This document shows positions 1 through 8,940 of a stretch of 64,000 bases of DNA, in pieces. This DNA is from Nitrospinota bacterium (GTDB lineage: Bacteria > Nitrospinota > Nitrospinia > JACRGO01). The notes beneath the pieces were generated by a model that was not told the origin of the DNA, searched no databases, and worked only from the letters and a program-made list of their open reading frames with translations. The stretch spans positions 215 to 64,214 of the forward strand of contig JACRGO010000237.1 of assembly GCA_016212295.1 (NCBI GenBank), in the 5' to 3' direction. The translations under genes and the position numbers were made by a program. Positions within the stretch are counted from its first letter, which is position 1; every line of letters begins with the position of its first letter.

Positions 1-42
1 CGTTCCCTGCTTTTTATTCGAGTCCGCGTTCTATTTTAAATT

Positions 43-420
43 TTATAAATTTTTTCGTATAGCCTCCGGCAAACGGGTAGGCCGTCCCCCCCGATTGACG
101 CATACAAGTTTGGCTGTCCCCTGGACTATTAATTTTCCGTCCCTTGGGCGTTCGATGCGGTGCGAGAAAGAGAAGCTGGCTTTCGTGATTCCGCCTATTT
201 CCGTTGAGATATGCAGCAGGTCCCCGTAATAGGCGGGAGATTTATAATCCATCTCAACGCGGCTTACGGTAAAAAGGCAACCGGATTCCATTAATGCCGC
301 TAAATCGATCCCTTTGTCCCGCATGAACTCCGTCCTGGCCCGCTCGAAATACCTTAAATAGTTGGCGTAATAAACCACGCCTCCGCAGTCGGTGTCCTCG
401 TAATAGATACGTATTTCCAT
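43..420 (-). CDS. acyl-CoA thioesterase, hotdog fold (YbgC/4HBT family)
   Basis: 125 aa. The layout and the 'YYEDTD..GVV...NY..YFE.AR' N-terminus are typical of YbgC-type thioesterases. Confidence 0.7.
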   Translation of the reverse strand: MEIRIYYEDTDCGGVVYYANYLRYFERARTEFMRDKGIDLAALMESGCLFTVSRVEMDYKSPAYYGDLLHISTEIGGITKASFSFSHRIERPRDGKLIVQGTAKLVCVNRGGRPTRLPEAIRKNL

Positions 421-427
421 GTCACTA

Positions 428-1222
428 TTACAAAAAAAGAATAATCACCAATGACCCGAAAATTATCCTGTACCATGCGAAGGAAATAAAAGTATATTTC
501 TTGATGAACGCCATGAACCAGGCGATCACCAAAAGGGCCACAGCCATGGACACCATGAATCCGATAACCAGCGTCTTCCATTGGTGGGGATTCAGGGTTC
601 CGAAATCCTTGAGGATGGAGTAGCCCGTGGCCGCGAACATGGTTGGCAGCGCCAGGAAGAAGGAAAACTCAACCGCTGCCGGCCGGTTCAGCCCGAAAAC
701 CAGTCCGCCAAGGATGGTCGCTGCGGATCTGGAAACTCCGGGTATCAGGGAAAGACATTGGGCGCAGCCGATCAGGAACGCCTGGCGAAAGAAGATGGCC
801 TCCACGTTCCCTTCCTGGCTTCCAAGGTCTTTTCTGCCTTCTATAATAAGGATGGCAATGCCTCCAAGGATCAGCGCGGCTCCCACGGTTGCGGGATTAA
901 AGAGATGGGCCTTTATCCATTTATGCATTAATAAACCTGCGGCAGCGGCAGGCAGGAAAGCCAGGAGAACGGAAAGGATGAAATTTCCGTGCATGGAATC
1001 CTTAAAGGATTTTTTTATGATTAAGAACAATTTTTCCCGGAAATATATAACCACGGAAAGTATCGCCCCCAACTGTATGGCGATATCGAAGGTTTTTCCG
1101 AATTCATTGTCAAAGCCAAGTAAGCGTCCTGCCACTATAAGATGTCCGGTGGAGGACACCGGGAGGAATTCGGTCAGCCCCTCCACTATGCCCAAGAGGA
1201 CGGCGGCCCCTAAATTCTCCAT
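428..1222 (-). CDS. uppP: undecaprenyl-diphosphate phosphatase
   Basis: 264 aa polytopic membrane protein. It has the conserved 'GLTEFLPVSSTGHL' and 'PGxSRSGxTI' motifs of the BacA/UppP family. Confidence 0.9.
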   Translation of the reverse strand: MENLGAAVLLGIVEGLTEFLPVSSTGHLIVAGRLLGFDNEFGKTFDIAIQLGAILSVVIYFREKLFLIIKKSFKDSMHGNFILSVLLAFLPAAAAGLLMHKWIKAHLFNPATVGAALILGGIAILIIEGRKDLGSQEGNVEAIFFRQAFLIGCAQCLSLIPGVSRSAATILGGLVFGLNRPAAVEFSFFLALPTMFAATGYSILKDFGTLNPHQWKTLVIGFMVSMAVALLVIAWFMAFIKKYTFISFAWYRIIFGSLVIILFL

Positions 1223-1590
1223 CGCGGATGTTCCTTTCTGATATAGGCCAGGAGCTGGGCATGGGTCTTGAAATGCACTTGAAAATTATATTCGTCGCTG
1301 TGGTACTCGCAGGAATCTATGCTGTGCTCCCGGCAGACATTCATGCGCTGGTGGTAAATCCCGCATTTATTGTCACTGCCCAGGAATTCGCAGCGACTTT
1401 CAAAGTGGATATACCATTTTTTCCTGTAGATATACGCCGATACCTTTTTATGGGCGACCTTCCAAAGCAGGTATTCAAAATCCTTTCTGGTCTCCGGGGT
1501 GTCTATCTCCATTCCGACATAAAGGCAGCATTTAGCCGGGAGGCACTCCTTGCATTGGTCTATCGGTTTTTTTTTTCGTTTTTTAGTCAT
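1210..1590 (-). CDS. YkgJ-family cysteine-cluster protein (UPF0153, putative Fe-S or Zn binding)
   Basis: 126 aa with a 'CKECLPAKCC' CxxCxxxxCC cluster plus further Cys and His residues. Its start overlaps the uppP stop, so the two genes are coupled in one operon. Confidence 0.55.
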   Translation of the reverse strand: MTKKRKKKPIDQCKECLPAKCCLYVGMEIDTPETRKDFEYLLWKVAHKKVSAYIYRKKWYIHFESRCEFLGSDNKCGIYHQRMNVCREHSIDSCEYHSDEYNFQVHFKTHAQLLAYIRKEHPRWRI

Positions 1591-2534
1591 ATATACAAAC
1601 TCTCTTCATAGCTCAGCATTGTTATTCCGTCCTTGAATTTTCCAATAACAGGCTCCAGGCCTGGCTGGTTGAACATTTTAACCGCGAAAAGGGGGAAATC
1701 GGCGCCTGCCTCCATTGTGAGCTGGATCGCCCCGGAAAAGCGTGGATTAATCTCGAAGAACATTATTTCGTCCCCGTTGACCTTGCACTGGATGTTGGCC
1801 GGCCCGATGACTCTAAGTTTTTCCACTATTTTAGCCCCGTAATCAATAAGGCGTTTGTCCTTTACCGTGCGCCCCTTGTCACAAACCCCCGCCCTTATCC
1901 ATAATCTTTCCCTTGGAACCACGGAAACGCAGCGGCCGTTCCTGTCGCAAAAGGCGTCTATGGTGAACTCCCTTCCCTGAAGAAAAGGCTGCACAATGGG
2001 ATCGCTTATATAGCCAAGAAAAAAGAGCAGTTCCTTTTCGTTTCTGACAGGGAAGGCATTGACGCTCCCCCTGCCGCATCGCGGCTTGATGAAAAGTGGA
2101 TATGCGATATCGCCCAAGGGGACTTCGTTCCTGAGCCAAGTCCTTGGGGTAGGAATATCGTTTTCAACAAAAAATTGATACGTGAGGAATTTATCATTGC
2201 ATATTTCGCAGGTCCTGGTCCCGGATACCAGGACCTCTACGCCTCCCATTTTAAATTCCTCCTTGTGGCTCCCGAAAAAAGGAAGTTCCTCGTCAATGGT
2301 TGGAACAATGAGGCCGATTTTTTCCTCGCGGCATATATTCCAAATAGTGTCCTTATAGGCAGGGGAGCTTGAAAGGGGGACTATATAGTGTTTTTCCGCC
2401 AGATATAGGCCGGGGGACAGCGGGTCAGCGTCGCTTGTGACGACCCTTCCCCCATTGCCGGCCTCGGATAATGTCTTTTGAAAGCCGCGGATGAGCGCGA
2501 TCCTTCGGGATGCGGCTGTGATGAGGACGTTCAT
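1587..2534 (-). CDS. ATP-grasp domain protein (carboxylate-amine ligase-like)
   Basis: 315 aa. It has a pre-ATP-grasp N-terminus and the 'FFEINPRFSG' Mg/ATP-binding motif typical of ATP-grasp enzymes. It overlaps the YkgJ gene by 4 nt. Confidence 0.7.
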   Translation of the reverse strand: MNVLITAASRRIALIRGFQKTLSEAGNGGRVVTSDADPLSPGLYLAEKHYIVPLSSSPAYKDTIWNICREEKIGLIVPTIDEELPFFGSHKEEFKMGGVEVLVSGTRTCEICNDKFLTYQFFVENDIPTPRTWLRNEVPLGDIAYPLFIKPRCGRGSVNAFPVRNEKELLFFLGYISDPIVQPFLQGREFTIDAFCDRNGRCVSVVPRERLWIRAGVCDKGRTVKDKRLIDYGAKIVEKLRVIGPANIQCKVNGDEIMFFEINPRFSGAIQLTMEAGADFPLFAVKMFNQPGLEPVIGKFKDGITMLSYEESLYI

Positions 2535-2741
2535 AAATTGTTACCGTATTAGCATGGCGTTTTATGAAATTTCAAATCTCAATTGTCAAATAACAAATAA
2601 ATCTCAACAACCAAAAGCAAAAAGAACAAACAAAGAAATGGAATTGTTTTGGACATTCGGTATTTGTAATTTGCAATTTATTTGTTATTTGAAATTTGTT
2701 ATTTGAAATTTTATTTTCCTTTTGGCTGCGGCGAAGCCGCT

Positions 2742-3749
2742 CTATGGACATTCCTTGCAAATATCCGGACAAAGATTGTTTTTAAAGGAATCCATGAAAC
2801 TCTTAAATAATTCTCCCCTTTTGATTTCGTCGAAGGGGTTTTCAAAAAGGTTTCCGAAATTGAACACTGTTGGGTCCATCCTCATGCAGCAAGGGGTGAC
2901 GAAGCCGTCGTACGTGATGAATATGCCCTTGCCGGGCCACCAGCATTCCCGGAACCTGGGGCTGGATCCGCTGAAACTGAATTCAAGCCCGTTCTTGCCG
3001 CAGATTGATTTTAATTGATCTCGCAGACGGATTTCCAATTTATCGTCCCTCAAAGGCGCTTGGACGGATTGAATGCGCTTCCTGATCTTCCGGTAATCCT
3101 CATTTATGCTTGCGGATTTATAATCGGGATTATACTGGACTGCCGCTGAAAACCGCATTTTATCCATGCCTAACTCCCTGGCGAAAGGCGGTATGTACGC
3201 CAGGGTATCTATATTTTCCTTTGAAATAACGGTTTGAAAGGACAGGGTAACGGAAAGGTTCCCGGCCCTTTTAATTTCCACGGCCATTTTTATGTTTTTC
3301 ACTATTTTTTCAAAATCCGCCCCTCTCCTGAGCCGCTGAAACAGGCTCTTTTCATTGGCGTCGAAAGAGATGACGAGTTCGTCAATGCCGCCCAAGAGTT
3401 TTTCCAGGTCAATCTTGTGAAGGTTCATGCCGTTGGTGCAGGTCCTTGCCCTTATGCCTTCCTCTTTAAGATACAAGGCCATGCCGGCTATTTCCGGGTT
3501 GAGCAAGGACTCGCCCAGGCCAATGAGCGAAACGTCGGTCAAAAAACGGTTGCCTTCGATTAATTTCCTCAAATTGGCCGGCGTGAGATGGCCTCTCCTT
3601 TGGGAGGCCAGCCCCTCGTTGTTGCAACTCCGGCATTTAAGATTGCAGAGCGTGGTGGGCTCAATGTGGGCATGGTAAGGGTATGCGCCTTCCTCTTGGT
3701 TGCTGTTCTGGGTTTTATATTCAGGCATTTTGTTTCGCTTAAGGATCAA
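2742..3749 (-). CDS. radical SAM enzyme with a C-terminal SPASM domain
   Basis: 335 aa. It has the CNLKCRSC (Cx3Cx2C) radical SAM cluster motif near the N-terminus and a Cys-rich SPASM-like C-terminus (TPCCM...CPDICKECP). Confidence 0.8.
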   Translation of the reverse strand: MILKRNKMPEYKTQNSNQEEGAYPYHAHIEPTTLCNLKCRSCNNEGLASQRRGHLTPANLRKLIEGNRFLTDVSLIGLGESLLNPEIAGMALYLKEEGIRARTCTNGMNLHKIDLEKLLGGIDELVISFDANEKSLFQRLRRGADFEKIVKNIKMAVEIKRAGNLSVTLSFQTVISKENIDTLAYIPPFARELGMDKMRFSAAVQYNPDYKSASINEDYRKIRKRIQSVQAPLRDDKLEIRLRDQLKSICGKNGLEFSFSGSSPRFRECWWPGKGIFITYDGFVTPCCMRMDPTVFNFGNLFENPFDEIKRGELFKSFMDSFKNNLCPDICKECP

Positions 3750-3850
3750 ATACTAAAAATTTTTTACCATGAAAATCAGTTTTTATTTTTTCTACATGGA
3801 TTTTTGTAATTTTCATCAGCAGGGGTGACAAATTATATATGTCATGGCGG

Positions 3851-4348
3851 TTAATTTTGTTTGCTGCCATGTCGCGCTATCTGGAGAATGCCGAGTAAAA
3901 TCATATTGGCCGAGGCAATGGCGACAGCGGCGAAAACCGCCAATGGAATGGAGGCAAACCGCCAAAGCGCCCTTTCCAGGATTTTTTTCAGCGGCAAGGA
4001 AATGACCTCCCCATTCTTATTGCACATAACAATTTGTCTTTTCCTGAAACGCAAGGCAAGGAGCAAGACGTTTTCATATCCGGCCCCGGACATATTGGAA
4101 ACCGGGACCACTACCAACGGGTAACTGTTCCTGGGAAAATCGCCAATGGCAAAGGGAGAAAAATCGCTGGCTGAGGGGTAGGTGATTATTGAATTGACGC
4201 CGCTCATTTGTTTCACGCTTTCCACGGAATGGGGATGGGCCAGGACGTCTATTCTAGCGCCTGGATACAGGGACGAGACCCTCCGGATCACCAGGGCCAG
4301 ATGCTGTATGGAAGTGGAGCGGATGATTAGGATGTTCATATCACCCAT
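3851..4348 (-). CDS. hypothetical protein, possibly a glycosyltransferase-associated domain (GT9-like N-terminus)
   Basis: 165 aa. The 'MNILIIRSTSIQHLALV' start resembles the N-terminal Rossmann half of heptosyltransferase-like GT-B enzymes, but the protein is only about half length. It overlaps the GT2 gene by 8 nt. Confidence 0.3.
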   Translation of the reverse strand: MGDMNILIIRSTSIQHLALVIRRVSSLYPGARIDVLAHPHSVESVKQMSGVNSIITYPSASDFSPFAIGDFPRNSYPLVVVPVSNMSGAGYENVLLLALRFRKRQIVMCNKNGEVISLPLKKILERALWRFASIPLAVFAAVAIASANMILLGILQIARHGSKQN

Positions 4349-5369
4349 AACTCATAAAAACCCATTTAACAGGAAGCCGGATTTTATCCAGGACCGTGCC
4401 GGCCACCACAACCCTGTTTCTGAAAATCATGGGAAGTTTCACAAAGGCGTCAAGGATGGCCTTGAGATAGATCGTTGTTCCCTGAGACAGGGAAAAAATC
4501 GCGGCATGGTAAAAAAAAGAAAACAAGATGGGCGCCATCCTGGAAGCCGGGAAGTACCGCCAAATGATCCAAAGCATGTTCCTCGTATAAAAATACGCGG
4601 CCCTGGAGGAGGTCCTTCCGGTTGGAGAGGCTTTATGGTAGGCAAATATATCCGGGAAGTGCTTTATGCGATAACCAGAGTTCCATATACGAAAGGAGTG
4701 GTCGAATTCGTTCAAATAGAGGAACAGGGGAGAGAACAGGGCCCCCGCCTTTTTCAGGCAATCCCTTCTGATCCCAACTCCGGCCCCATTGTAGCTTCCT
4801 GTTTCAGTGCCGCCTGAAGGATTAAATACTTGGCTGCCAGTTGCCGGTTGCCCGGCGCCGGTTGCCAGTGGTCGATTTTCAGGTTTTTCCCCTGGCGCTT
4901 GAGACTGGTGGTTGGGAACCTTTTCCAACCCCGCGTTTCGCACATCAAAAGCCACGGCCCCCAGGCCGGGTTGAGCTTGAAAAACCCTTACCATTCTTCC
5001 GATGGCCCAAGGGTCAGGATAGGAATCACTGTCCAGGAAAACCACGAATTCCCCTGAGGCCGATTCAAGGCCGTGGTTATACCCGCCGATCCCGATGTTT
5101 TCCTTTAGATAAATGTATTGCACGTCCGGGTGCGTTTCGCGAACTACTTTGTCCGTGCCATCTTCCGAGGCGTTATCCACAAGGATGATCTCCACTTCCT
5201 TGTAATCGGAACGCTTGATTTTTCCTATGGTCTCCAATGTGTCATCCTTGCGGTTCCAGGTGAGGATGATAACACTGACAAGATTGTTTTTATGCATATT
5301 CTTTCTATAGCGCGGCCATGCGCGCTCCACGAAGCGATTGAAAAATTCGCGTGGAAAACGCAAATTCAT
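4341..5369 (-). CDS. family 2 glycosyltransferase
   Basis: 342 aa. The GT-A signature 'VSVIILTWNR...DNASEDGT...VFLDSD' includes a DxD motif. Confidence 0.8.
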   Translation of the reverse strand: MNLRFPREFFNRFVERAWPRYRKNMHKNNLVSVIILTWNRKDDTLETIGKIKRSDYKEVEIILVDNASEDGTDKVVRETHPDVQYIYLKENIGIGGYNHGLESASGEFVVFLDSDSYPDPWAIGRMVRVFQAQPGLGAVAFDVRNAGLEKVPNHQSQAPGEKPENRPLATGAGQPATGSQVFNPSGGTETGSYNGAGVGIRRDCLKKAGALFSPLFLYLNEFDHSFRIWNSGYRIKHFPDIFAYHKASPTGRTSSRAAYFYTRNMLWIIWRYFPASRMAPILFSFFYHAAIFSLSQGTTIYLKAILDAFVKLPMIFRNRVVVAGTVLDKIRLPVKWVFMSYG

Positions 5370-5487
5370 TAACTAATAAATAAAACGTTGCTAAAGAAGC
5401 AAAGTTTCATGGGCTGGTAGTGAGGGGGCAGGGGACAGTTGCCAAAATCAATTTATGATTGAGAATTGGGAAGTTGCTGGAGACTGC

Positions 5488-5940
5488 TCACGCGACCTTT
5501 TGCTTAAGAAGGGTTACTTCCCTGAAAAGTTCGATATAACGGTTTTCAAGGGACCTGAATTGCTCCATATCCGGTTTGTTCTGGTAAAGCCCTCTCAGTT
5601 CCCGTATTTCGGCAAGGATATTGTTTATCTGCGATTCAATTGAGTCGAATCTTTTCATATTAAAATTGAAGTGGTCATCAAAGCGCGTGTTCATGTCCTT
5701 TCGCATATCCTCGAAGCGCGAGTTCATATCTGAGCGCATGTCCTCGAAACGCTTGTTGACGTCCTCGAAACGCGAGTTCATATCTGAGCGCATGTCCTCG
5801 AAACGCTTGTTGACGTCCTCGAAACGCTTGTCGATTCCGTCAAGGCGGGCCTCAACCACGGATATTTTTTCTTTTATAATGTCCAGTTCTGGAATGACCA
5901 CGGACCTTATCGCTTCTATAACTGCTTCCTTGATATCCAT
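5488..5940 (-). CDS. coiled-coil protein with internal tandem repeat (DUF1640-like paralog)
   Basis: 150 aa. Repeated 'NKRFEDMRSDMNSRFEDV' units are encoded by a perfect 60-bp tandem duplication at about 5708-5827. The protein shares the 'IDKRFEDVNKRxxDxRSxMNxRF' block with ORF 60362..60835. Confidence 0.55.
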   Translation of the reverse strand: MDIKEAVIEAIRSVVIPELDIIKEKISVVEARLDGIDKRFEDVNKRFEDMRSDMNSRFEDVNKRFEDMRSDMNSRFEDMRKDMNTRFDDHFNFNMKRFDSIESQINNILAEIRELRGLYQNKPDMEQFRSLENRYIELFREVTLLKQKVA

Positions 5941-6268
5941 GCTAGAAATTTATCAAAAAGCGGGCTTAAATGCAAGGTAATAGTTTACGGGGGCAGGGGA
6001 GTAGGCCAAAATTAGCCATTGGCCATTGGTTAAAGGCGAAGGGTGAAGGGATTTAAAATTCCAAATCTAAAATATCGTAACCGTTCACGGTTCAGGGTTC
6101 CAGGTTTTAGAAAACCCTGTATCCACGCTTATCTCCAAAACCCGCTTACCCATGCGGATTTTCATTGTGGAGCGCCCTAAAAAAACCTTGCAACATTGCC
6201 GTGTTTGACGGTTTTTCAACTCTGAACCTATAGCCTTGAACCCGTGAACGGATACAAAATATCTTTTG

Positions 6269-7564
6269 TCAGATTTTTCCCGCGTTGATCCTCTCCGCCG
6301 CAGCCTTGCCGCTTAAAAAGGCGTGGTCAAGGTTGAAGTAATTCCACTCGCCGTACCTTCCTATCGGAATAATATTATGTTCCTCCAGGAATTTCCTGAT
6401 CCCCTCCACGCAAGCGGTCCGGTTCTGGTCGAATACAATGTACCCGTACTCGATGTTCAAGTGGTCAGTTGCCAGGACCTCGCTTTCGCTTTTGATAAGC
6501 CCTGTCTTGACAATGTCGTTTATGGTCCGGCTGATTATGTTCTCCGCGTCAATCGGCTTGTGCTGGGAATGGGAAATTTCAGCGGTCAGGGAGGTAGTTC
6601 CCTCCGGGCAAACATAAGGAGACGCGTTGCTCTGTATGAACAGGCGTTGGAAGATGAATTTCTCTTCGGGATAATAGATCCAATGTTTGTCAGTGAGATT
6701 CTCCCGGTCGATGCCTATATTCACGCAATGGACTGATGTATGCCGCAGCAAATCCGCCATTTTTACGATCTCTTTCGGCGCGTCGATTATCTTCATCACC
6801 AAGTCCGGCAAGGGGATGGATGACAGCAGGAACTTGTATCCCATACTTTGGCCTGAGCTTAGCGTAATGCCTCGGTTCCTTACGTCGATTTCCCACAGCT
6901 CGGTTTTAAGGCAAAGGTCGGTATTTTTCAAACGTGGAAGGAAGGCGTCCATGAGCGACTGGCAGCCGCCGCGCAAGGGATAGCCGAATTGGGAGTTGGG
7001 GCCGTAACGGTCCTCAATGGAAGCCTTTGAGCCGCCGATAACGTCCTCAAGGCTGGGGACTTTCACCCTGTCTTCAATCCAGGAAAAATCCAAATGCTCC
7101 AGCGGCCTGGCCCATACCTTTTTGTTGTAAGGTCTCATGAAATGCTTTGCTATCCCGGCGCCGAAGTTTGCCTCTATCCATTCATCGAAGTTTTGGGGCG
7201 CGGCATTCCCCTTGTTTTCCAGCGCCGTTTTCAACCCCTGGATACATTCGTCTATGGTCTTTTGCGGCAGCCCGAACAGATTGCTCTGGAAGGGATATCT
7301 GGTGTAAACATCCTGGGAAAATATCCATGAGTTCCTTTCCTGGAAATGGTGGTTGCCAGGCAAAAGGTCCGCGAAGAGATTATTCGCGTACATATCCTTT
7401 GAAAAAAAGATATGCCCTGCATGGTCGAAGATAAAAAAGTCGACCTCCCTGGACCTCCCCAGTCCGCCGACGTTTTTTTCCTTTTCTATGAGAATACTGT
7501 TTTCCTTGAGGTGATAGGCGGCGCTAAGTCCGGCAGGACCGGCCCCTATTATTACAGTGCGCAT
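6269..7564 (-). CDS. FAD/NAD(P)-binding oxidoreductase (amine-oxidase or UDP-galactopyranose-mutase-like fold)
   Basis: 431 aa. It has an N-terminal 'VIIGAGPAGLSAA' dinucleotide-binding motif and a 'PYNKKVWARP' segment reminiscent of UGM-like flavoenzymes. Its 5' end overlaps the Maf-like gene. Confidence 0.65.
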   Translation of the reverse strand: MRTVIIGAGPAGLSAAYHLKENSILIEKEKNVGGLGRSREVDFFIFDHAGHIFFSKDMYANNLFADLLPGNHHFQERNSWIFSQDVYTRYPFQSNLFGLPQKTIDECIQGLKTALENKGNAAPQNFDEWIEANFGAGIAKHFMRPYNKKVWARPLEHLDFSWIEDRVKVPSLEDVIGGSKASIEDRYGPNSQFGYPLRGGCQSLMDAFLPRLKNTDLCLKTELWEIDVRNRGITLSSGQSMGYKFLLSSIPLPDLVMKIIDAPKEIVKMADLLRHTSVHCVNIGIDRENLTDKHWIYYPEEKFIFQRLFIQSNASPYVCPEGTTSLTAEISHSQHKPIDAENIISRTINDIVKTGLIKSESEVLATDHLNIEYGYIVFDQNRTACVEGIRKFLEEHNIIPIGRYGEWNYFNLDHAFLSGKAAAERINAGKI

Positions 7565-8940
7565 AATTCGCTCATGGAAAAGATGTCCTCCGCCATCCTG
7601 ATGGGAAGCCCCATGGAGTGGAAGTTGTAAAACTTTGTTTTTGAGTTGGCCAGGATTATTTGCTCAATATAGTTTCTGTAGCTGAAAAGATTCTGGTGCG
7701 CCGCGGCCTTGCCGCCGAATCTGTCTTTCGCCAAAACCGGTTTTTGAGATTGCATTTGATTTTGATGAAAATCATCCAAGGTAGGTCCTCCGATGGAATT
7801 TTGCCATGTCTTTCCCAAGGCGTTTCCGGACGCATGAAAGCGTTTCATTGAAAAACAGCAGTCCTGTCCGAAGAGGATGATGGGATTGAACCCAAAGCGC
7901 GCCATGAGGTCGAGTCCGACGCACGCCACTGATCCCCCTTCCTGGGTTTCGCCTTTTTGTGAAAATAATTCGGCGTCCCCGCCTAAATGTTTTTTTTGGG
8001 CGGAGGCTATAAAGACCATTTTTTTCCCCTTGTAATTCCTAACCACCTCAGGATTGGAGGCAGGGGTGAAAAGGAGAACGGAATCCTGTCCGAAGCATCC
8101 CTGAAAATGCGCCAAACTATGGCTTTGAGGGTCTATGCTTGCCACGAAGTCCGGGACAATGCCCGTCTCCACTAAAATGGGGAAAGCCGTGTCTGTCGCG
8201 AAAATGCCGGCTTTGCCCCTGAGTAATTCGAGGCAGGGCAGGGCAATGTCCAGTGACGGGCCCGCGCTTGCCAATATGCCTGTTTTCCCCGTAAACCTTC
8301 CGTAAAGCCCGGCCACTCCATCTGACTCCAAGGCCGTAGCGCGATTTTTTTGAAAATTTTTTTCTTCCAGGGCGGAAAATTCAACGCTTGTCCTTTTTTC
8401 CATCCGGACCAATTCGAAAATATTTTCAAAATCCTTGAACTCTCCAGGAATGGAGGAAAGAGAAGGGGGATGGATGAGAAGCTTGCCGTTTTCCTCCCGC
8501 AGGACCTTCAAGGCGAGTTCAAATCCTTTTAGCGCGGCTTCCCTGCTTGTCCCTAATAACATGGAAACGCGGGCATCTGAAAAAATTTTTTCCAGGTCCC
8601 TGCAAGAGCAAGCGGCTTCGAGTATTTCGCCGTTGAACTCCATTACCTGGAGTCTGCCGGATGGGCCGGTCCTGTCCAGGATGGCTTCCACATGATAGCC
8701 AAATCCAAACCCGTATATAAGGATGGAATCCCCTTCGGAAATTTGGGATTTTTCAGCGAATTGTCTCGCTTCCCCAACGGGGTCAAAGGCTGAATGGATT
8801 AATCTGTTCTTGTAGCGCAAGGTCCAATCGCCGGACTTGGTCTTGATGGTCGTGCTGTTTTCCGTTGACCCGCGCCTCAAAAATCCCTTGGCCCCAGGCG
8901 CTTTTTTTTCCAATGATTCTATGTTACCGGCTATTGGCAT
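7552..8940 (-). CDS. Maf/DUF115 (MptE-like) domain protein, putative flagellin or pilin glycosyl/nonulosonate transferase
   Basis: 462 aa. The N-terminal 'LIHSAFDPVGEARQFAE' motif is typical of motility-accessory-factor (Maf) proteins, followed by a central DUF115-like core. Confidence 0.55.
   Translation of the reverse strand: MPIAGNIESLEKKAPGAKGFLRRGSTENSTTIKTKSGDWTLRYKNRLIHSAFDPVGEARQFAEKSQISEGDSILIYGFGFGYHVEAILDRTGPSGRLQVMEFNGEILEAACSCRDLEKIFSDARVSMLLGTSREAALKGFELALKVLREENGKLLIHPPSLSSIPGEFKDFENIFELVRMEKRTSVEFSALEEKNFQKNRATALESDGVAGLYGRFTGKTGILASAGPSLDIALPCLELLRGKAGIFATDTAFPILVETGIVPDFVASIDPQSHSLAHFQGCFGQDSVLLFTPASNPEVVRNYKGKKMVFIASAQKKHLGGDAELFSQKGETQEGGSVACVGLDLMARFGFNPIILFGQDCCFSMKRFHASGNALGKTWQNSIGGPTLDDFHQNQMQSQKPVLAKDRFGGKAAAHQNLFSYRNYIEQIILANSKTKFYNFHSMGLPIRMAEDIFSMSELCAL

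Noticed and set aside
627-1241. Antisense ORFs overlapping well-supported genes
   Set aside because: Opposite-strand ORFs inside uppP, atpA, atpD, trpE and others have low-complexity or Arg/Pro-rich translations typical of GC-rich antisense frames, and no independent support. The 20351-21283 ORF (310 aa), the 17226-17794 ORFs and the 10516-11292 ORFs were rejected for the same reason.
2491-2772. Small ORFs encoding 'KFQITNKLQITN'-type peptides as possible RiPP precursors for the adjacent radical SAM and ATP-grasp enzymes (similar ORFs at 41304-41810)
   Set aside because: The same sequence recurs as a palindromic intergenic DNA repeat in unrelated locations on both strands. The reading frames are a by-product of the repeat.
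5708-5827. CRISPR-like direct repeats
   Set aside because: It is a perfect 60-bp tandem duplication inside a coding sequence (coiled-coil repeats), not a repeat-spacer array. The same reasoning applies to the 102-bp TPR repeats at 63186-64000.
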